Shown here piece by piece: positions 43,581 through 54,872 of a stretch of DNA of 64,000 nt. How positions within the stretch are numbered: position 1 is the first letter of the stretch; each line of letters begins with the position of its first letter. Location of the stretch: NCBI GenBank assembly GCA_965202985.1, contig CBDBCF010000001.1:864001-928000 (forward strand), in the 5' to 3' direction. The DNA is from Longimicrobiales bacterium. GTDB lineage: Bacteria > Gemmatimonadota > Gemmatimonadetes > Longimicrobiales > Gaopeijiaceae. The notes beneath the pieces were generated by a model. It was given only the letters and a program-made list of their open reading frames with translations. It did not search any database and was not told where the DNA came from. The translations under genes were made by a program, and so were the position numbers.

Positions 43581-43934
43581 TCAGTCCACCTTGATCTCGA
43601 CGTCGACGCCGGCGGGAAGGTCCAGCTTGGTCAGCGCGTCGATGGTCTGGGGCCGGCTCTCGATGATGTCGATGAGGCGCTTGTGGGTGCGCAGCTCGAA
43701 CTGCTCGCGGCTCTTCTTGTCGATGTGGGGCGAACGCAGGACGGTCCACCGCTGCCGACGGGTGGGAAGGGGGATCGGGCCCACGATCTTGGCGCCGGTC
43801 TTTTGGGCGGTGCGCACGATGTCGGCCGCCGTCTGGTCGACTACCCAGTGGTCGAACGCCTTCAACCGAATGCGAATCCGGTTGGCGGCGCGCGCCCGTT
43901 TCCGGGCGGGCTTGGCGGCGGCTCGAGCGGACAT
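43581..43934 (-). CDS. rpsJ: 30S ribosomal protein S10
   Basis: [22 protein letters not shown]. Confidence 0.98.
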   Translation of the reverse strand: MSARAAAKPARKRARAANRIRIRLKAFDHWVVDQTAADIVRTAQKTGAKIVGPIPLPTRRQRWTVLRSPHIDKKSREQFELRTHKRLIDIIESRPQTIDALTKLDLPAGVDVEIKVD

Positions 43935-43947
43935 GTCGGGCTGCGCG

Positions 43948-45138
<1,191 letters not shown>

Positions 45139-45163
45139 CCGTCTGGATGGAAACGAGCATAGG

Positions 45164-45192
45164 AAGGTAACCAAGTTTTCCGAAGGCGCCAA
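45164..45192 (-). promoter_or_regulatory. Putative sigma70 promoter for tuf and the S10 cluster
   Basis: Minus strand TTGGCG, 17 nt, TACCTT, ending 25 nt upstream of the tuf ATG. Confidence 0.45.
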
Positions 45193-45323
45193 CCCCGTGC
45201 CGGGCAACCCTTTCGCCGAGGTCGCCCGCGGGCGCAGCGGACGCCGGGCGGAACGAGCGTCGTGGGCGCAGCGGGTCGCGACCTGCACGGGGGCAATTCG
45301 CGGGCGGGACGGGGCGGGGACGA

Positions 45324-45396
45324 AGCTGGCGCGGGGACTCGAACCCCGGACCTGCTGATTACAAATCAGCTGCTCTGCCGACTGAGCTACGCCAGC
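45324..45396 (-). tRNA. tRNA-Thr (anticodon TGT), CCA not encoded
   Basis: GCTGGCG/CGCCAGC acceptor stem, CTGAT-TTTGTAA-ATCAG-type anticodon arm, GTTCGAG T-loop, 73 nt. Confidence 0.96.
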
Positions 45397-45448
45397 GCCG
45401 ACGTCTCGAAAGGTGGCGGAGGGACTCGTTCTGTGGAAGGGTTCGCGG

Positions 45449-46894
45449 TCAGCCGGCGGGTCGGATGCGGCTCCACCGCGTCCCTTCGGGCGTGTCCTCC
45501 AGTCGCACGCCCATGGCCGCCAGTTCGTCCCGGAGGCGGTCGGCGGCGGCGAAGTCCCGGGCGGCCCGAGCTTGGTCGCGGGCCTCCACCAAGCCGCGCA
45601 CCTTCTCCTCCGCCTGGCCCTCGTCCGCGCGCGCTTGCTCGGCCAAGTCCAGCACGCCCAGGACGTCGTCCATTTCGGCAAGGGCGCCCAGCACCGCCTT
45701 CTTGGCGGCCGCGGTCACGCCGTGCGGCGCTTGGTCGAGAGCGGCGTGGGTCTCTCGCACCAGCCCCCAGAGCGCGGCCAGGGCTTGGGGCACGTTCAGG
45801 TCCTGGTCGAGCGCCTCTCCGAAGGCGGCCAGGTGGGCCCGAGCTGCGTCGGCCAAGCCTTGGGCCGCCGAGCGGCGCGCCGCTTCCGAGGTCGGGTGGC
45901 GGGTGGCGCGGCGGCGGAAGTCCAGGAGGCGCTGGACCGAGACCGAGGCCTCCTTCAGGCCGACAGCGGTGAAGTTGAGCTCGTTCCGATAGTGGGCGGA
46001 GAGAAGAACCCAGCGCAGCGCCGCGGGTTCCGCTCCTTGGGCCACGAGCTCGCGGACGGTGCGGATGTTGCCCAGCGACTTGGACATCTTCCGGCCCTCG
46101 ACTTTGAGGTGCTTGACGTGGAGCCAGAAGCGAACGAAGGGCTGGCCCGTGGCCCCTTCCGACTGGGCGATCTCGTTCTCGTGGTGGGGGAACAACAGGT
46201 CCTCGCCCCCCAGGTGGATGTCGATCGTGGGACCCAGGAGGGCCGCCGCCATGACCGAGCACTCCAGGTGCCAGCCGGGGCGGCCGGGTCCCCAGGGAGA
46301 GTCCCAAACGGCGCCGGCCTGGCGGTCTTCGGCCCGGGCCGCCTTCCAGAGCACGAAATCGCGGTCGTCGCGCTTGCCTTCGGCCGCCTCGACCCGCGAT
46401 CGGGCTTCGGCTTCGTCGTCTCGACCGCCGGAGAGCCGCCCGTACCGCGCGAAGGACGGGACCGAGTAGTAGACGGAGCCGTCGGGCGCGGCGTAGGCGT
46501 GTCCCTGCTCCACCAGCCGCTCGACGAACGCCGCCATCTCGGGCACGAACGACGTGGCGTGGGGGTGCTGGGAGAAGGGAAGGAGGCCCAGGGTGCGGGC
46601 GTCGTCGAGGAACGCTTCGACGAAGGGTGCGGTGTGCTCGTTCAGGGACGCGCCCGCGGCCACGGCGCCCGCGATCGTCTTGTCGTCGACGTCGGTGAAG
46701 TTCACGACGAACTCGACGGCGTGGCCGCGGCTCCGCAGGTGTCGATGGAGGAGGTCGTAGACCAGGAAGCTGCGGAAGTTGCCCACGTGGGCGAAGTCGT
46801 AGACGGTCGGGCCGCAGCCGTAGACGGTGACGCGGCCCGGGTCCTGCGGCTGGAAGGCGACGGCCTCCCGCCGAAGCGAGTCGTAGAGGTTCAT
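45449..46894 (-). CDS. cysS: Cysteine--tRNA ligase
   Basis: CGPTVY...[19 protein letters not shown]. Confidence 0.97.
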   Translation of the reverse strand: MNLYDSLRREAVAFQPQDPGRVTVYGCGPTVYDFAHVGNFRSFLVYDLLHRHLRSRGHAVEFVVNFTDVDDKTIAGAVAAGASLNEHTAPFVEAFLDDARTLGLLPFSQHPHATSFVPEMAAFVERLVEQGHAYAAPDGSVYYSVPSFARYGRLSGGRDDEAEARSRVEAAEGKRDDRDFVLWKAARAEDRQAGAVWDSPWGPGRPGWHLECSVMAAALLGPTIDIHLGGEDLLFPHHENEIAQSEGATGQPFVRFWLHVKHLKVEGRKMSKSLGNIRTVRELVAQGAEPAALRWVLLSAHYRNELNFTAVGLKEASVSVQRLLDFRRRATRHPTSEAARRSAAQGLADAARAHLAAFGEALDQDLNVPQALAALWGLVRETHAALDQAPHGVTAAAKKAVLGALAEMDDVLGVLDLAEQARADEGQAEEKVRGLVEARDQARAARDFAAADRLRDELAAMGVRLEDTPEGTRWSRIRPAG

Positions 46895-47709
46895 GGAGGA
46901 GACGGGACGGCGGCATGTTCCGATGAGACGCGGCGGAGGACGGCGACCGGGTCCGGGGCGTCGGTGACCATGCGTCCGGCGACGATGCGCGTGGCGCCGG
47001 CGTGGAACGCTTCGGACGGGGTACGGGTGCGGCGCTGGTCGTGGACGGCGCCGCCGGGCAGGCGAATTCCCGGCGTGACGATCTCGGCGCCGGGTGGGAG
47101 GACGCGCCGGGCAAGAGCGGCCTCCGCGGCGGAGCAGACGACGCCGTGCAGTCCCGCGTCCCGGACCGACACCGCCAGGCGCGCGACCTCTGCCTCCATG
47201 TCGGTTACGGGGCGTCCCAGCACGGCCTCGAGGGCGGGGCCGTCCAGGGAGGTGAGGACGGTTACGCCCAGCACGGCCAAGCCGGGGGGCGCGGCCTCCA
47301 CGGCGGCGGCGAGCATGGCGGGGCCGCCCATGGCGTGGACCGTGAGGAGCGATGCGCCCAGCTCGCCGGCGCGGGCCGCGGCGCCGGCCACCGTGCGAGG
47401 GATGTCGTGAAGCTTCAGGTCGAGGAAGACGGCCTTGCCGCGCTTCCGCAGGGCTTCCACGACGCCGGGACCGCCCGCCGTGTACAGCTCCAGGCCCACC
47501 TTGTAGAAGGCGCAGGCGTCGCCCAGCCGGTCCACCAGAGCCAGCGCGGGTGCGGGCGCGGGCAGGTCCAGGGCGACTACGACGCGGCCGGTTGGGGGCG
47601 GGGCTGGATCGAACGGCGACGGTTCTTGCTCGGCCGCGGACGACGTTTGCCCGACCGCTGGCGGCGTTTGCCGGGCCGGGGGCGGCGAATGGGGGCCGGG
47701 CGTCTTCAC
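46891..47709 (-). CDS. pyrF: Orotidine-5'-phosphate decarboxylase
   Basis: VFLDLKLHDIP, TPGIR. Confidence 0.96.
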   Translation of the reverse strand: MKTPGPHSPPPARQTPPAVGQTSSAAEQEPSPFDPAPPPTGRVVVALDLPAPAPALALVDRLGDACAFYKVGLELYTAGGPGVVEALRKRGKAVFLDLKLHDIPRTVAGAAARAGELGASLLTVHAMGGPAMLAAAVEAAPPGLAVLGVTVLTSLDGPALEAVLGRPVTDMEAEVARLAVSVRDAGLHGVVCSAAEAALARRVLPPGAEIVTPGIRLPGGAVHDQRRTRTPSEAFHAGATRIVAGRMVTDAPDPVAVLRRVSSEHAAVPSPP

Positions 47710-48608
47710 GGGCGCCGCTTCAGGTCGCGCGCCACCTTGGCGGCGCAGCGGGGGTCCGCGAACGAGCCGGTGCCGACCTGCACCAGCGACGCTCCGGCGT
47801 CCAGGTAGGCCCGCGCTCCGGCAGCGGAGAGGATGCCGCCCACGCCCACCACGGGCACGTCCACCGACTGCGCGATCGACCGGACCGCGGCCAAGCCCGC
47901 GGGAAAGAGCGCGGGGCCGCTGACGCCGCCGGGGCCCGCGCCCAGCCTGGGCCCGCCGCCGACGCCGGGCAGATATCCGGGCAGGGTGTTCACGGCGGTG
48001 ATCCCGTCGGCGCCGTGCTGGACGGCCCGGTCCGCGGTGGCGGCCACGTCGGGGTCGTGGGGCGCCAGCTTTGCCAGAAGGGGGCGCGAGGTCAGGGGTC
48101 GCACGCGGTCCAGCACTTCGGCCAGCGCCGCGGGCTCCAGGCAGAAGGGCTTGCCGCCCCGGCTCGCGTCGTTCGGGCAGGACAAGTTCAGCTCGAATCC
48201 CAGGAAGCCGCCTTCCTCTTCCAGCCCGGCCACGACCGTCGCGTATTCGTCCGGGGTGCGTCCCGCCACCGAGAAGAGGATCTGCGCGCCGGCCCAGTGG
48301 CGGGCCATCCAGGGCATCTTGTCTCTGCGAACGGCGTCCAGGCCGGGGTTGGCCAGCCCCACCGAGTTCAGCATGCCCTCGGGGTACTCGGCGACTCGGG
48401 GCGCGGGGTTTCCGGGACGGGGCTCCATGGTCACGGACTTGGTGACCAAGCCCCCGACTTCTCCCGGCGACAGGACGCCGACCACCGGTTCGCCGAAGCC
48501 CGCGGTCCCCGAGGCCAGAAGGACCGGGTTCCCGAAGACGGCGCCGAAGACGCGGACTGCCTCGGGCGCGCGGACGGGGCCGGGGCCGGAGTCGGCAGCG
48601 GCGCTCAT
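47706..48608 (-). CDS. pyrD: Dihydroorotate dehydrogenase, family 1 catalytic subunit
   Basis: NPVLLASGT, GNPAPR, ELNLSCPN, GGVSGPA. Confidence 0.92.
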   Translation of the reverse strand: MSAAADSGPGPVRAPEAVRVFGAVFGNPVLLASGTAGFGEPVVGVLSPGEVGGLVTKSVTMEPRPGNPAPRVAEYPEGMLNSVGLANPGLDAVRRDKMPWMARHWAGAQILFSVAGRTPDEYATVVAGLEEEGGFLGFELNLSCPNDASRGGKPFCLEPAALAEVLDRVRPLTSRPLLAKLAPHDPDVAATADRAVQHGADGITAVNTLPGYLPGVGGGPRLGAGPGGVSGPALFPAGLAAVRSIAQSVDVPVVGVGGILSAAGARAYLDAGASLVQVGTGSFADPRCAAKVARDLKRRP

Positions 48609-49114
48609 GCGTCCTTCATGGCTCGTTCGGCTTCCCGTTGCTGCGTCTTGCGCTTCAGCTCTTCTCTCTTGTCGCGATGCTTCTTGCCGCGACAAAGGCC
48701 GAGGGTGATCCGGGCGCGCCCCCGTCGAAAGTACAGATCGAGCGGCACCAGGGTCAGTCCCTTTTCTTCCGCCTTGGCCACGATCCGTCGGATTTGGTCC
48801 TTGCGAAGGAGCAGCTTGCGGGGCCGGGTCTCGTCGTGGTTCCAACGGTTGGCGGACTCGTAGGGCGCGACGTGAAGGTTGTGCAGCCACAGCTCGCCCG
48901 AGTCGGCGCGGGCGTGGGCGTCGTGGAAGGCGACGGCGCCGGCGCGGATCGACTTCACCTCCGTGCCCATCAGAACCAAGCCGGCTTCCCACGTGTCCAG
49001 GACTTCGTATGCGTGGCGCGCTCTTCGGTTGCGGGCGACGACGCGACGGGGCTCGGCGGACGGCGGGGCCGAGCGCGATCCGGCCCGAGAGCGCGATGCC
49101 GGGCGGGCCGTCAA
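48605..49114 (-). CDS. smpB: SsrA-binding protein
   Basis: NRRARHAY, GTEVKSIR, RKLLL, GKKHRDKRE. TTG start estimated. Confidence 0.95.
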   Translation of the reverse strand: MTARPASRSRAGSRSAPPSAEPRRVVARNRRARHAYEVLDTWEAGLVLMGTEVKSIRAGAVAFHDAHARADSGELWLHNLHVAPYESANRWNHDETRPRKLLLRKDQIRRIVAKAEEKGLTLVPLDLYFRRGRARITLGLCRGKKHRDKREELKRKTQQREAERAMKDA

Positions 49115-49794
49115 AAGACCAAGACCGGCGTGCCCACCTCCACCAGATGATAGAGCTCCCGCGCCGATTCGTTGGTGAGCCGGATGCAGCCGTGAGAGAC
49201 GCGCCGGCGCTCCGGGTCGGGGTCGAGGACGAGCGCGGGCCGATCGGTGCCGTGGATGGCGATGCCGTCTCCCAGGTAGATGGCCGTGTTGCCCATCGCC
49301 CCTGGGATTCGCCGGGACGGGTGGTTGTCCGCAGGGACGCCCAGGCGGCGCTCCACGAAGTACCAGTCGGGCGCGACCCAGACCGGGTCTTTCTCCTTTC
49401 GGCGCACGCGGAAAAGTCCCTTGGGGGTCGTGAACGTCCAGCGCTTGCCGCCGCCGGCCAGCCGAAAGCCAGTGCCCGTGGCGGCGGGGGCGGACCACAG
49501 GGAGCGGGACCCCTCCACGAGATGCACGCGGTTCGTGGCCAGGTGCACCAGCACGTAGGCGCCTTCCACGTCCAGAAGGGGCCACGCCGGGTCGGCGGCG
49601 TCGGCGGGCCGGACCGGGTCTCCCAAGAAGGCTGCCGGCGTCTGGGACTGGGCGCTCGCGCGCTCGACGGCAGGCGCGACAACGCAGCAGAACGCGACAA
49701 CACGGCAGACCAGGAGCGGCGCGGCCGTCGCGACGGCGAAGGGCGGCCTTGCCGGGCCGGGAGCGGAGCACGCCCGGGACCGGGCCGTATTCAC
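49111..49794 (-). CDS. L,D-transpeptidase (YkuD family)
   Basis: TPKG, IAIHGT...SHGCIRL, VGTPVLVF. Confidence 0.9.
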   Translation of the reverse strand: MNTARSRACSAPGPARPPFAVATAAPLLVCRVVAFCCVVAPAVERASAQSQTPAAFLGDPVRPADAADPAWPLLDVEGAYVLVHLATNRVHLVEGSRSLWSAPAATGTGFRLAGGGKRWTFTTPKGLFRVRRKEKDPVWVAPDWYFVERRLGVPADNHPSRRIPGAMGNTAIYLGDGIAIHGTDRPALVLDPDPERRRVSHGCIRLTNESARELYHLVEVGTPVLVF

Positions 49795-50501
49795 CGAACT
49801 CCGGCGAGCGACTCCGGCGCCGGGGCGGCCGGCCGAGCCCCGTCGTCCATGGCGGCCTCTCGCGCCCGCCAGTCGGCCAAGAAGGCGTCCAAGCCGCTGC
49901 GCGTCAGGGGGTGGGCCATGCACTGCTCGAGGATCTTGAAGGGGCAGGTCGCAATGTGGGCACCGGCTAGGGCCGATTCCGCCACGTGGCGCGGGTGGCG
50001 AATCGACGCGGCCAAGATGCGCGTGTCGATCTCCGGGTCCTGTTCGAAGACGGCGGCGATCTCCCGGATCAGCTCCATGCCGTCCTGGGAGACGTCGTCC
50101 AGCCGGCCCACGAACGGCGACACCACGAACGCCCCGGCCACCGCGGCCAGCAGAGCTTGGTTGACGTTGAACACGAGCGTCACGTTGCAGCGGATCCCCT
50201 TCGCTCCCAAGCGCGACACCGCTTCCAGCCCGGCGGTCGTGGCCGGAACCTTGACGATCACGTTGGGGTGCCAAGCGGCGTACTCCGCGCCTTCCGAGAC
50301 CATGTCGTCCGCGTTTTCCGAGACCGTCTCGGCGCTGATCGGGCCGTCCACCAGCTCGGCGATGGTGCGGATCGTGTCCTCGAAGTTCGCCCCCGCTTCG
50401 CGGGCCATGAGGCTCGGGTTGGTCGTGACGCCGCTGAGGATGCCCCACCGGGCGGCTTCTCGTATCTCTCCCAGGTTCGCGGTGTCCAGGTAGATCTTCA
50501 C
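49791..50501 (-). CDS. Transaldolase / fructose-6-phosphate aldolase family
   Basis: YLDTAN, GVTTNPS, VKVP, SPFVGRLDD. Confidence 0.95.
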   Translation of the reverse strand: MKIYLDTANLGEIREAARWGILSGVTTNPSLMAREAGANFEDTIRTIAELVDGPISAETVSENADDMVSEGAEYAAWHPNVIVKVPATTAGLEAVSRLGAKGIRCNVTLVFNVNQALLAAVAGAFVVSPFVGRLDDVSQDGMELIREIAAVFEQDPEIDTRILAASIRHPRHVAESALAGAHIATCPFKILEQCMAHPLTRSGLDAFLADWRAREAAMDDGARPAAPAPESLAGVR

Positions 50502-50986
50502 GGGGTTCCTCGAGGGGGGCTGGGGCTGGGCGCGGCGGGGGCTTCGGGGACGGGCGCGGGAACGGGGGCGGGGGCGAGAACCGACGCCGGAGAGCCTTCG
50601 CCGGGGTCGGTCGCGCCCTCGGTCGGCAGCCGCGAGGCCTGCCGGGCGGCCTCGATGCCGGCCCGGTACGCAGCCTTGGAACGCTGGAGCTTCTCTTCCA
50701 GCTCGCTCCGGGCGCCCGCCGCGATCTGTCGGCCCTGCTCGACCGCGTCCTTGGCCGACTCGACCCGGGCGCCCAGGTCGCCGCGGATGCCGCGGACCCG
50801 GTCCTCCGTCAGGTCCTTGATCCGGCGCGCTTGTTCACGCAGCCGCTGCTGGGTGTCTTCGCCCGACCCTGGGGCGAACAGGAGGGCCACGCCGGCCCCG
50901 ACCAGAGCGCCCAGCACGAACGCGCCGACCTCCGACCCCTTGTCCTTTTGGATGACGACCGTCCGCTGCTCGTCTCCCTCGCTCAT
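50498..50986 (-). CDS. YtxH-domain protein
   Basis: GAFVLGALVGAGVALLFAPGSGEDT followed by coiled coil. Confidence 0.85.
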   Translation of the reverse strand: MSEGDEQRTVVIQKDKGSEVGAFVLGALVGAGVALLFAPGSGEDTQQRLREQARRIKDLTEDRVRGIRGDLGARVESAKDAVEQGRQIAAGARSELEEKLQRSKAAYRAGIEAARQASRLPTEGATDPGEGSPASVLAPAPVPAPVPEAPAAPSPSPPRGTP

Positions 50987-51099
50987 TCTTGGTCCTCCCT
51001 TCGGCTTCGGCGCGCCCATTTTGCGCGGGCGGCCCGGCGGGGCGCGGGCGCGCGCGGCGCCGACTCACGGGCCGAAACTGGCGAAAGCCGCGCCGCAGG

Positions 51100-52584
51100 T
51101 CAAACGCGCCAGCTGGGGGCGTCGAGGGGCGGGCGCGGAGTGGAGGGCGGACGGGGCGCTTGCGAAGGACGGGGCGCACCGGGCGCGCTTGCGGGGCGGG
51201 ACGCCTGGGCGCTCCGCTCGACGGCGGCGTCCTCGAGCATGAAGTCGCGGGTCAGGCGCTTGGCCAGCTCGACGCCGGGCTGGTCCAGGGGATCGACGCC
51301 GTAAAGGGCACCGGCGTACACCACCGCGATCTGGAGGAGCATGAACAGCGCTCCCAGGTTCCGGGCGTCCAGCCGGTCGGCCATGATCGTCATGTTGGGG
51401 CGGCCCGCGCGGCGGAGGGCTTCGGCCGTGGCTCGTCGCTCCGCGTCCAGGAGCTGAAAGAGGGTGCGGCCCGCCAAGTGGGAGAAAGCGGGGGCGCCCG
51501 AGATCGCTGCTGGGATCGGGACGTCCGCGCCGGGGTCCCGAAGGCCCAGGAACACCGCCACCTTGTCGCGAGGGCCTTCCATGAACAGCTGCAGCAGGGA
51601 GTGCTGGTCCCGCGCGCCCGAGGCCGGCAGAGGGGTGGGACCCGACTCGACGCGGGCGCCCCGGCGATCGCGGGCCTTGCCGAGCGATTCGGCCCAGAGC
51701 TGCTGGAACCAAGCGGCCAGGGCGCGCGCGCGGTCGGCGTAGGGCATGAACACGTGGATGGGGGCGTCCGCCTCGGTGGCCGCCGCGTGAAGGAGCACGG
51801 CCAGGACGCCCGCCGGGTTGGAGCCGAGTTCGGGGGTGGCGCAGCGGCGCGCCATCTCGTCCGCGCCGGCCAGCAAATCCGCCGCGTCGATGCCGGCCGC
51901 CGCCGCCGGAAAGGTTCCCGCCGGGGACAGCACGGAGAACCGGCCGCCCACGTTCTCGGGCACGGGAAGGGACGGCGCGCCCAGCTCGGCGGCGAGCTCG
52001 CGGAAGACGCCGCCCCCGTGGCCGGTGGTCAGCAGGATGTGGCGCTTGGCGGCGTCGGGGCCCAGGGCGTCCTCCAGGGCGCGGTGGATCACCAGGAAGT
52101 GGGCCAGGGTCTCGCTGGTGGCGCCGGACTTGCTGACGAAGTTGAAGAAGGTGCGGGACAGGTCCAGGCGGGCCATCAGAGCCGACACCGTGCGCGGGTC
52201 CGGGTTGTCCAGGACGTGGAGCCGCGGCCGGCCGCCGCGCTCATGGGGGTCCAGTTCGTTCCACGCCGGGGGAAGCAGCGCGTCGCGAAGGGCGCGGGCG
52301 CCCAGCGCCGAGCCGCCCATGCCGACCACGACCAGCGCGTCGCAACCGTCGAAGACGGCGGCCGCGGCCCTGTGGACCCGGTCGGCCAGGGCACGGTCGC
52401 GGGGCAGGCCGAAGAAGCCGATCTCGCCGGCCGCTCGTCGCGCCTCCACTTCTTCGAACGCCCGACGGAAGCGCCCGGCCAAGTCCCCCTTCAGCCGCGC
52501 GGGATCGACTCCTCCGCGGGGCAGGACGCCGGCCATCATGTTGCCGAAGTCCAGGACGGGCAGGTCCTGCGGGCGCGAACTCAG
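51100..52584 (-). CDS. pgi: Glucose-6-phosphate isomerase
   Basis: GMGGSALG, SKSGATSET, VGGRFS, QQLWAESLGK, DQPGVELAK. Start uncertain. Confidence 0.93.
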   Translation of the reverse strand: MSSRPQDLPVLDFGNMMAGVLPRGGVDPARLKGDLAGRFRRAFEEVEARRAAGEIGFFGLPRDRALADRVHRAAAAVFDGCDALVVVGMGGSALGARALRDALLPPAWNELDPHERGGRPRLHVLDNPDPRTVSALMARLDLSRTFFNFVSKSGATSETLAHFLVIHRALEDALGPDAAKRHILLTTGHGGGVFRELAAELGAPSLPVPENVGGRFSVLSPAGTFPAAAAGIDAADLLAGADEMARRCATPELGSNPAGVLAVLLHAAATEADAPIHVFMPYADRARALAAWFQQLWAESLGKARDRRGARVESGPTPLPASGARDQHSLLQLFMEGPRDKVAVFLGLRDPGADVPIPAAISGAPAFSHLAGRTLFQLLDAERRATAEALRRAGRPNMTIMADRLDARNLGALFMLLQIAVVYAGALYGVDPLDQPGVELAKRLTRDFMLEDAAVERSAQASRPASAPGAPRPSQAPRPPSTPRPPLDAPSWRV

Positions 52585-53360
52585 TCCACCTCCACGGCCA
52601 GGCCGTCGTAGGCGGGCTCGATTCCGGGGGGAAGGGCCGCGGCCAGGTCGGCGTGGCGAAGGCGGTGGGTCATGTGGGTCAGGTAGGTGCGGTCGGCGCC
52701 GATCTCTTGGGCGGACGCCACGGCCTCCTCGACGTTGAAGTGCGTGGGGTGCGGGTCGCCCCACCACAGGGCGTTGAGAACCAGCACGGAGACGCCGTCC
52801 AAGATGCGGCGGGCCGGCGGCGGCAGGCTCTTGGCGTCGGTCACGTAGCCCAGTCGTCCGATCCGGAAGCCGAAGGCGTCGTCCAGGCCGTGGGGCACGC
52901 GAAAGGGTTCGACCCGCTCACCCAGGACGTAGACGGCGGCGCCCTCGGCGTAGGTCTGCAAGCGCAGGCGCGGCTTGGTGGTGCCCGGCGAGACGCGCGC
53001 CTGGTCGTGGAAGATGTACGGGAACCGGGCCGTCATCAGGTCCTTCAGGTCCTCGGGCACGTAGGTGGGAAGGGCGTTTCGGCCTCGGGTAGAGAAAACC
53101 CGCACGTCGTCGATGCCGTGGACGTGATCGGCGTGGAGGTGCGTGTACCAGACCGCGTCGACCGGGGGGGCGCCGCAGGCCAGCAGCTGAAGGCGCAGCT
53201 CGGGCGGCGTGTCCACGAGCAGGTTGCCGCCGTCCAGGGCCAGGAGCGCGCCGTGGCGGGTTCGGCGGTCCCTTGGGTCGTCGGACGTGCACGTTTCGCA
53301 CCGGCAGCCCAGCAGGGGCACGCCGTAGGACGTTCCCGTCCCCAGGAAGGTCAGGATCAG
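52581..53360 (-). CDS. MBL-fold metallo-hydrolase (PhnP-like)
   Basis: TFLGTGTS, THLHADHVHG, YLTHMTH, AYDGL. Apparent CTG start. Confidence 0.9.
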   Translation of the reverse strand: MILTFLGTGTSYGVPLLGCRCETCTSDDPRDRRTRHGALLALDGGNLLVDTPPELRLQLLACGAPPVDAVWYTHLHADHVHGIDDVRVFSTRGRNALPTYVPEDLKDLMTARFPYIFHDQARVSPGTTKPRLRLQTYAEGAAVYVLGERVEPFRVPHGLDDAFGFRIGRLGYVTDAKSLPPPARRILDGVSVLVLNALWWGDPHPTHFNVEEAVASAQEIGADRTYLTHMTHRLRHADLAAALPPGIEPAYDGLAVEVD

Positions 53361-54796
53361 AGCTGCTCGATCCTCATGGTGTTGGTGGAGCCGGGGCTGT
53401 GGAAGGGCAGCCCCGACGTGACCACGACCGGGTCGCCGGCTTTGCCCAGCCCCGATTCCAGGACGACGCCCTTCCCGAAGTCGGTCAAGTTCTGGTAGTT
53501 GATCTCCTGCCCCTGGACCACGACGGGCTCCACCCCCCACACGCCGCACAGCTGCCGCTGCACCTTGGCCTCGGTGCACACGGTGATGATGGGGATCGGC
53601 GGGCGGTACGACGACACCAGCCGCGCCGAGAAGCCGCTCCGCGTGATGACGATGATCGCCGGTGCGCCCAAGTCGCGGGCGGACTCCACCGTGGACGCGG
53701 CCACCGCGTGCTCCACTCGCGAGGCCCCCCGGCGTTCCACGGGTCCCATGTGGCGCAGGTAGTGCGGCCCCTGCCGCATCGCGCCGCTGCTCTCGATCTC
53801 GGCTGCGATGCCGACCATGACCTCCACCGTCTTGACGGGGTGCTTCCCGACGGCCGTCTCTCCGGACAGCATGAGGGCATCGGTGCCGTCCAGGACGGCG
53901 TTGGCCACGTCGGAGGTCTCGGCGCGGGTGGGCCCCGGGTACTCGGTCATCGACTCGAGCATCTGCGTGGCGGTGATCACGGGCCGCCCGTAGCCGTTGG
54001 CCTTCTGGATGATCTGCTTCTGAGCCATCGGCACCGCCGCGAAGGGGAGCTCGACGCCCAGATCGCCCCGGGCCACCATGACGGCGTCGCACTCTGCCAG
54101 GATCTCGTCCAGGCAGTCCACGGCCTGCGCCTTCTCGATCTTGGCCACCAAGCACGCGCGTCCCTTCAGGTGATCCTTGCACTCCTTGACGTCCGCGGCC
54201 CGACGAACAAAGGAGAGCCCCACGTACTCCACGTCCTGTTCCAGAGCGAACTCCAAGTCGCGCAGGTCCTTGGGCGTGATGGAGGGCGTGTCGATCTCCA
54301 CGCCGGGCAAGTTGATCCCTTTGCGCGAATGGAGGACGCCTCCCCGAGCGACCTGGAACTCGGCGCGCACGGCGTCGCCGCCGGTGCACACCAGCTCGAT
54401 GAGCCCGTCGGCCAAGAGCATCCGCGTCCCGGGGCCGACCTCTCGGGCCAAGTCGGGGTAGGCGCTGGGGAGCTCGCCGCCGCGGTGGCGACCTTCCGGG
54501 GCCACCACGACCGTGGAGCCGTCCCGAAGGAAGACCGGTTCGTCCAGGTCGCCCATGCGGAGCTTGGGGCCTCGGAGATCGGCCATGACCGCGACGGGAC
54601 GCCCGGCGGCGCTCGCGGCCTCGCGGACCAGGCGGATGCTGCGCTCGTGAGTGCGCTGGCTGCCGTGGGACATGTTGATTCGGGCCATGTCAATGCCGGC
54701 GCGCACCAGCCCTGCGACGACCTGCGGATCGGTGCTTGCCGGTCCGATGGTGGCGACGACCTTCGTCTTGACCTTGGCGTTGGGCGCTACCTTCAT
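53357..54796 (-). CDS. pyk: Pyruvate kinase
   Basis: TKVVATIGP, AKIEK, MVARGDLG, MLSGETA. Confidence 0.97.
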   Translation of the reverse strand: MKVAPNAKVKTKVVATIGPASTDPQVVAGLVRAGIDMARINMSHGSQRTHERSIRLVREAASAAGRPVAVMADLRGPKLRMGDLDEPVFLRDGSTVVVAPEGRHRGGELPSAYPDLAREVGPGTRMLLADGLIELVCTGGDAVRAEFQVARGGVLHSRKGINLPGVEIDTPSITPKDLRDLEFALEQDVEYVGLSFVRRAADVKECKDHLKGRACLVAKIEKAQAVDCLDEILAECDAVMVARGDLGVELPFAAVPMAQKQIIQKANGYGRPVITATQMLESMTEYPGPTRAETSDVANAVLDGTDALMLSGETAVGKHPVKTVEVMVGIAAEIESSGAMRQGPHYLRHMGPVERRGASRVEHAVAASTVESARDLGAPAIIVITRSGFSARLVSSYRPPIPIITVCTEAKVQRQLCGVWGVEPVVVQGQEINYQNLTDFGKGVVLESGLGKAGDPVVVTSGLPFHSPGSTNTMRIEQL

Positions 54797-54872
54797 GACT
54801 CCAAAGCTACGCCGGCCCGCGGGCGCCCACAAAGCGCGCGATCTTCCTCGGGCCGCCCGCTCCTTAGCCCCG

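Noticed and set aside
45324..45396. tRNA-Thr as an island integration site
   Set aside because: It is flanked by cysS and tuf, and I saw no duplicate 3' end or integrase.
47706..48608. Absence of pyrK next to pyrD as a novelty
   Set aside because: pyrK is often unlinked or absent, and this cannot be judged from one window.
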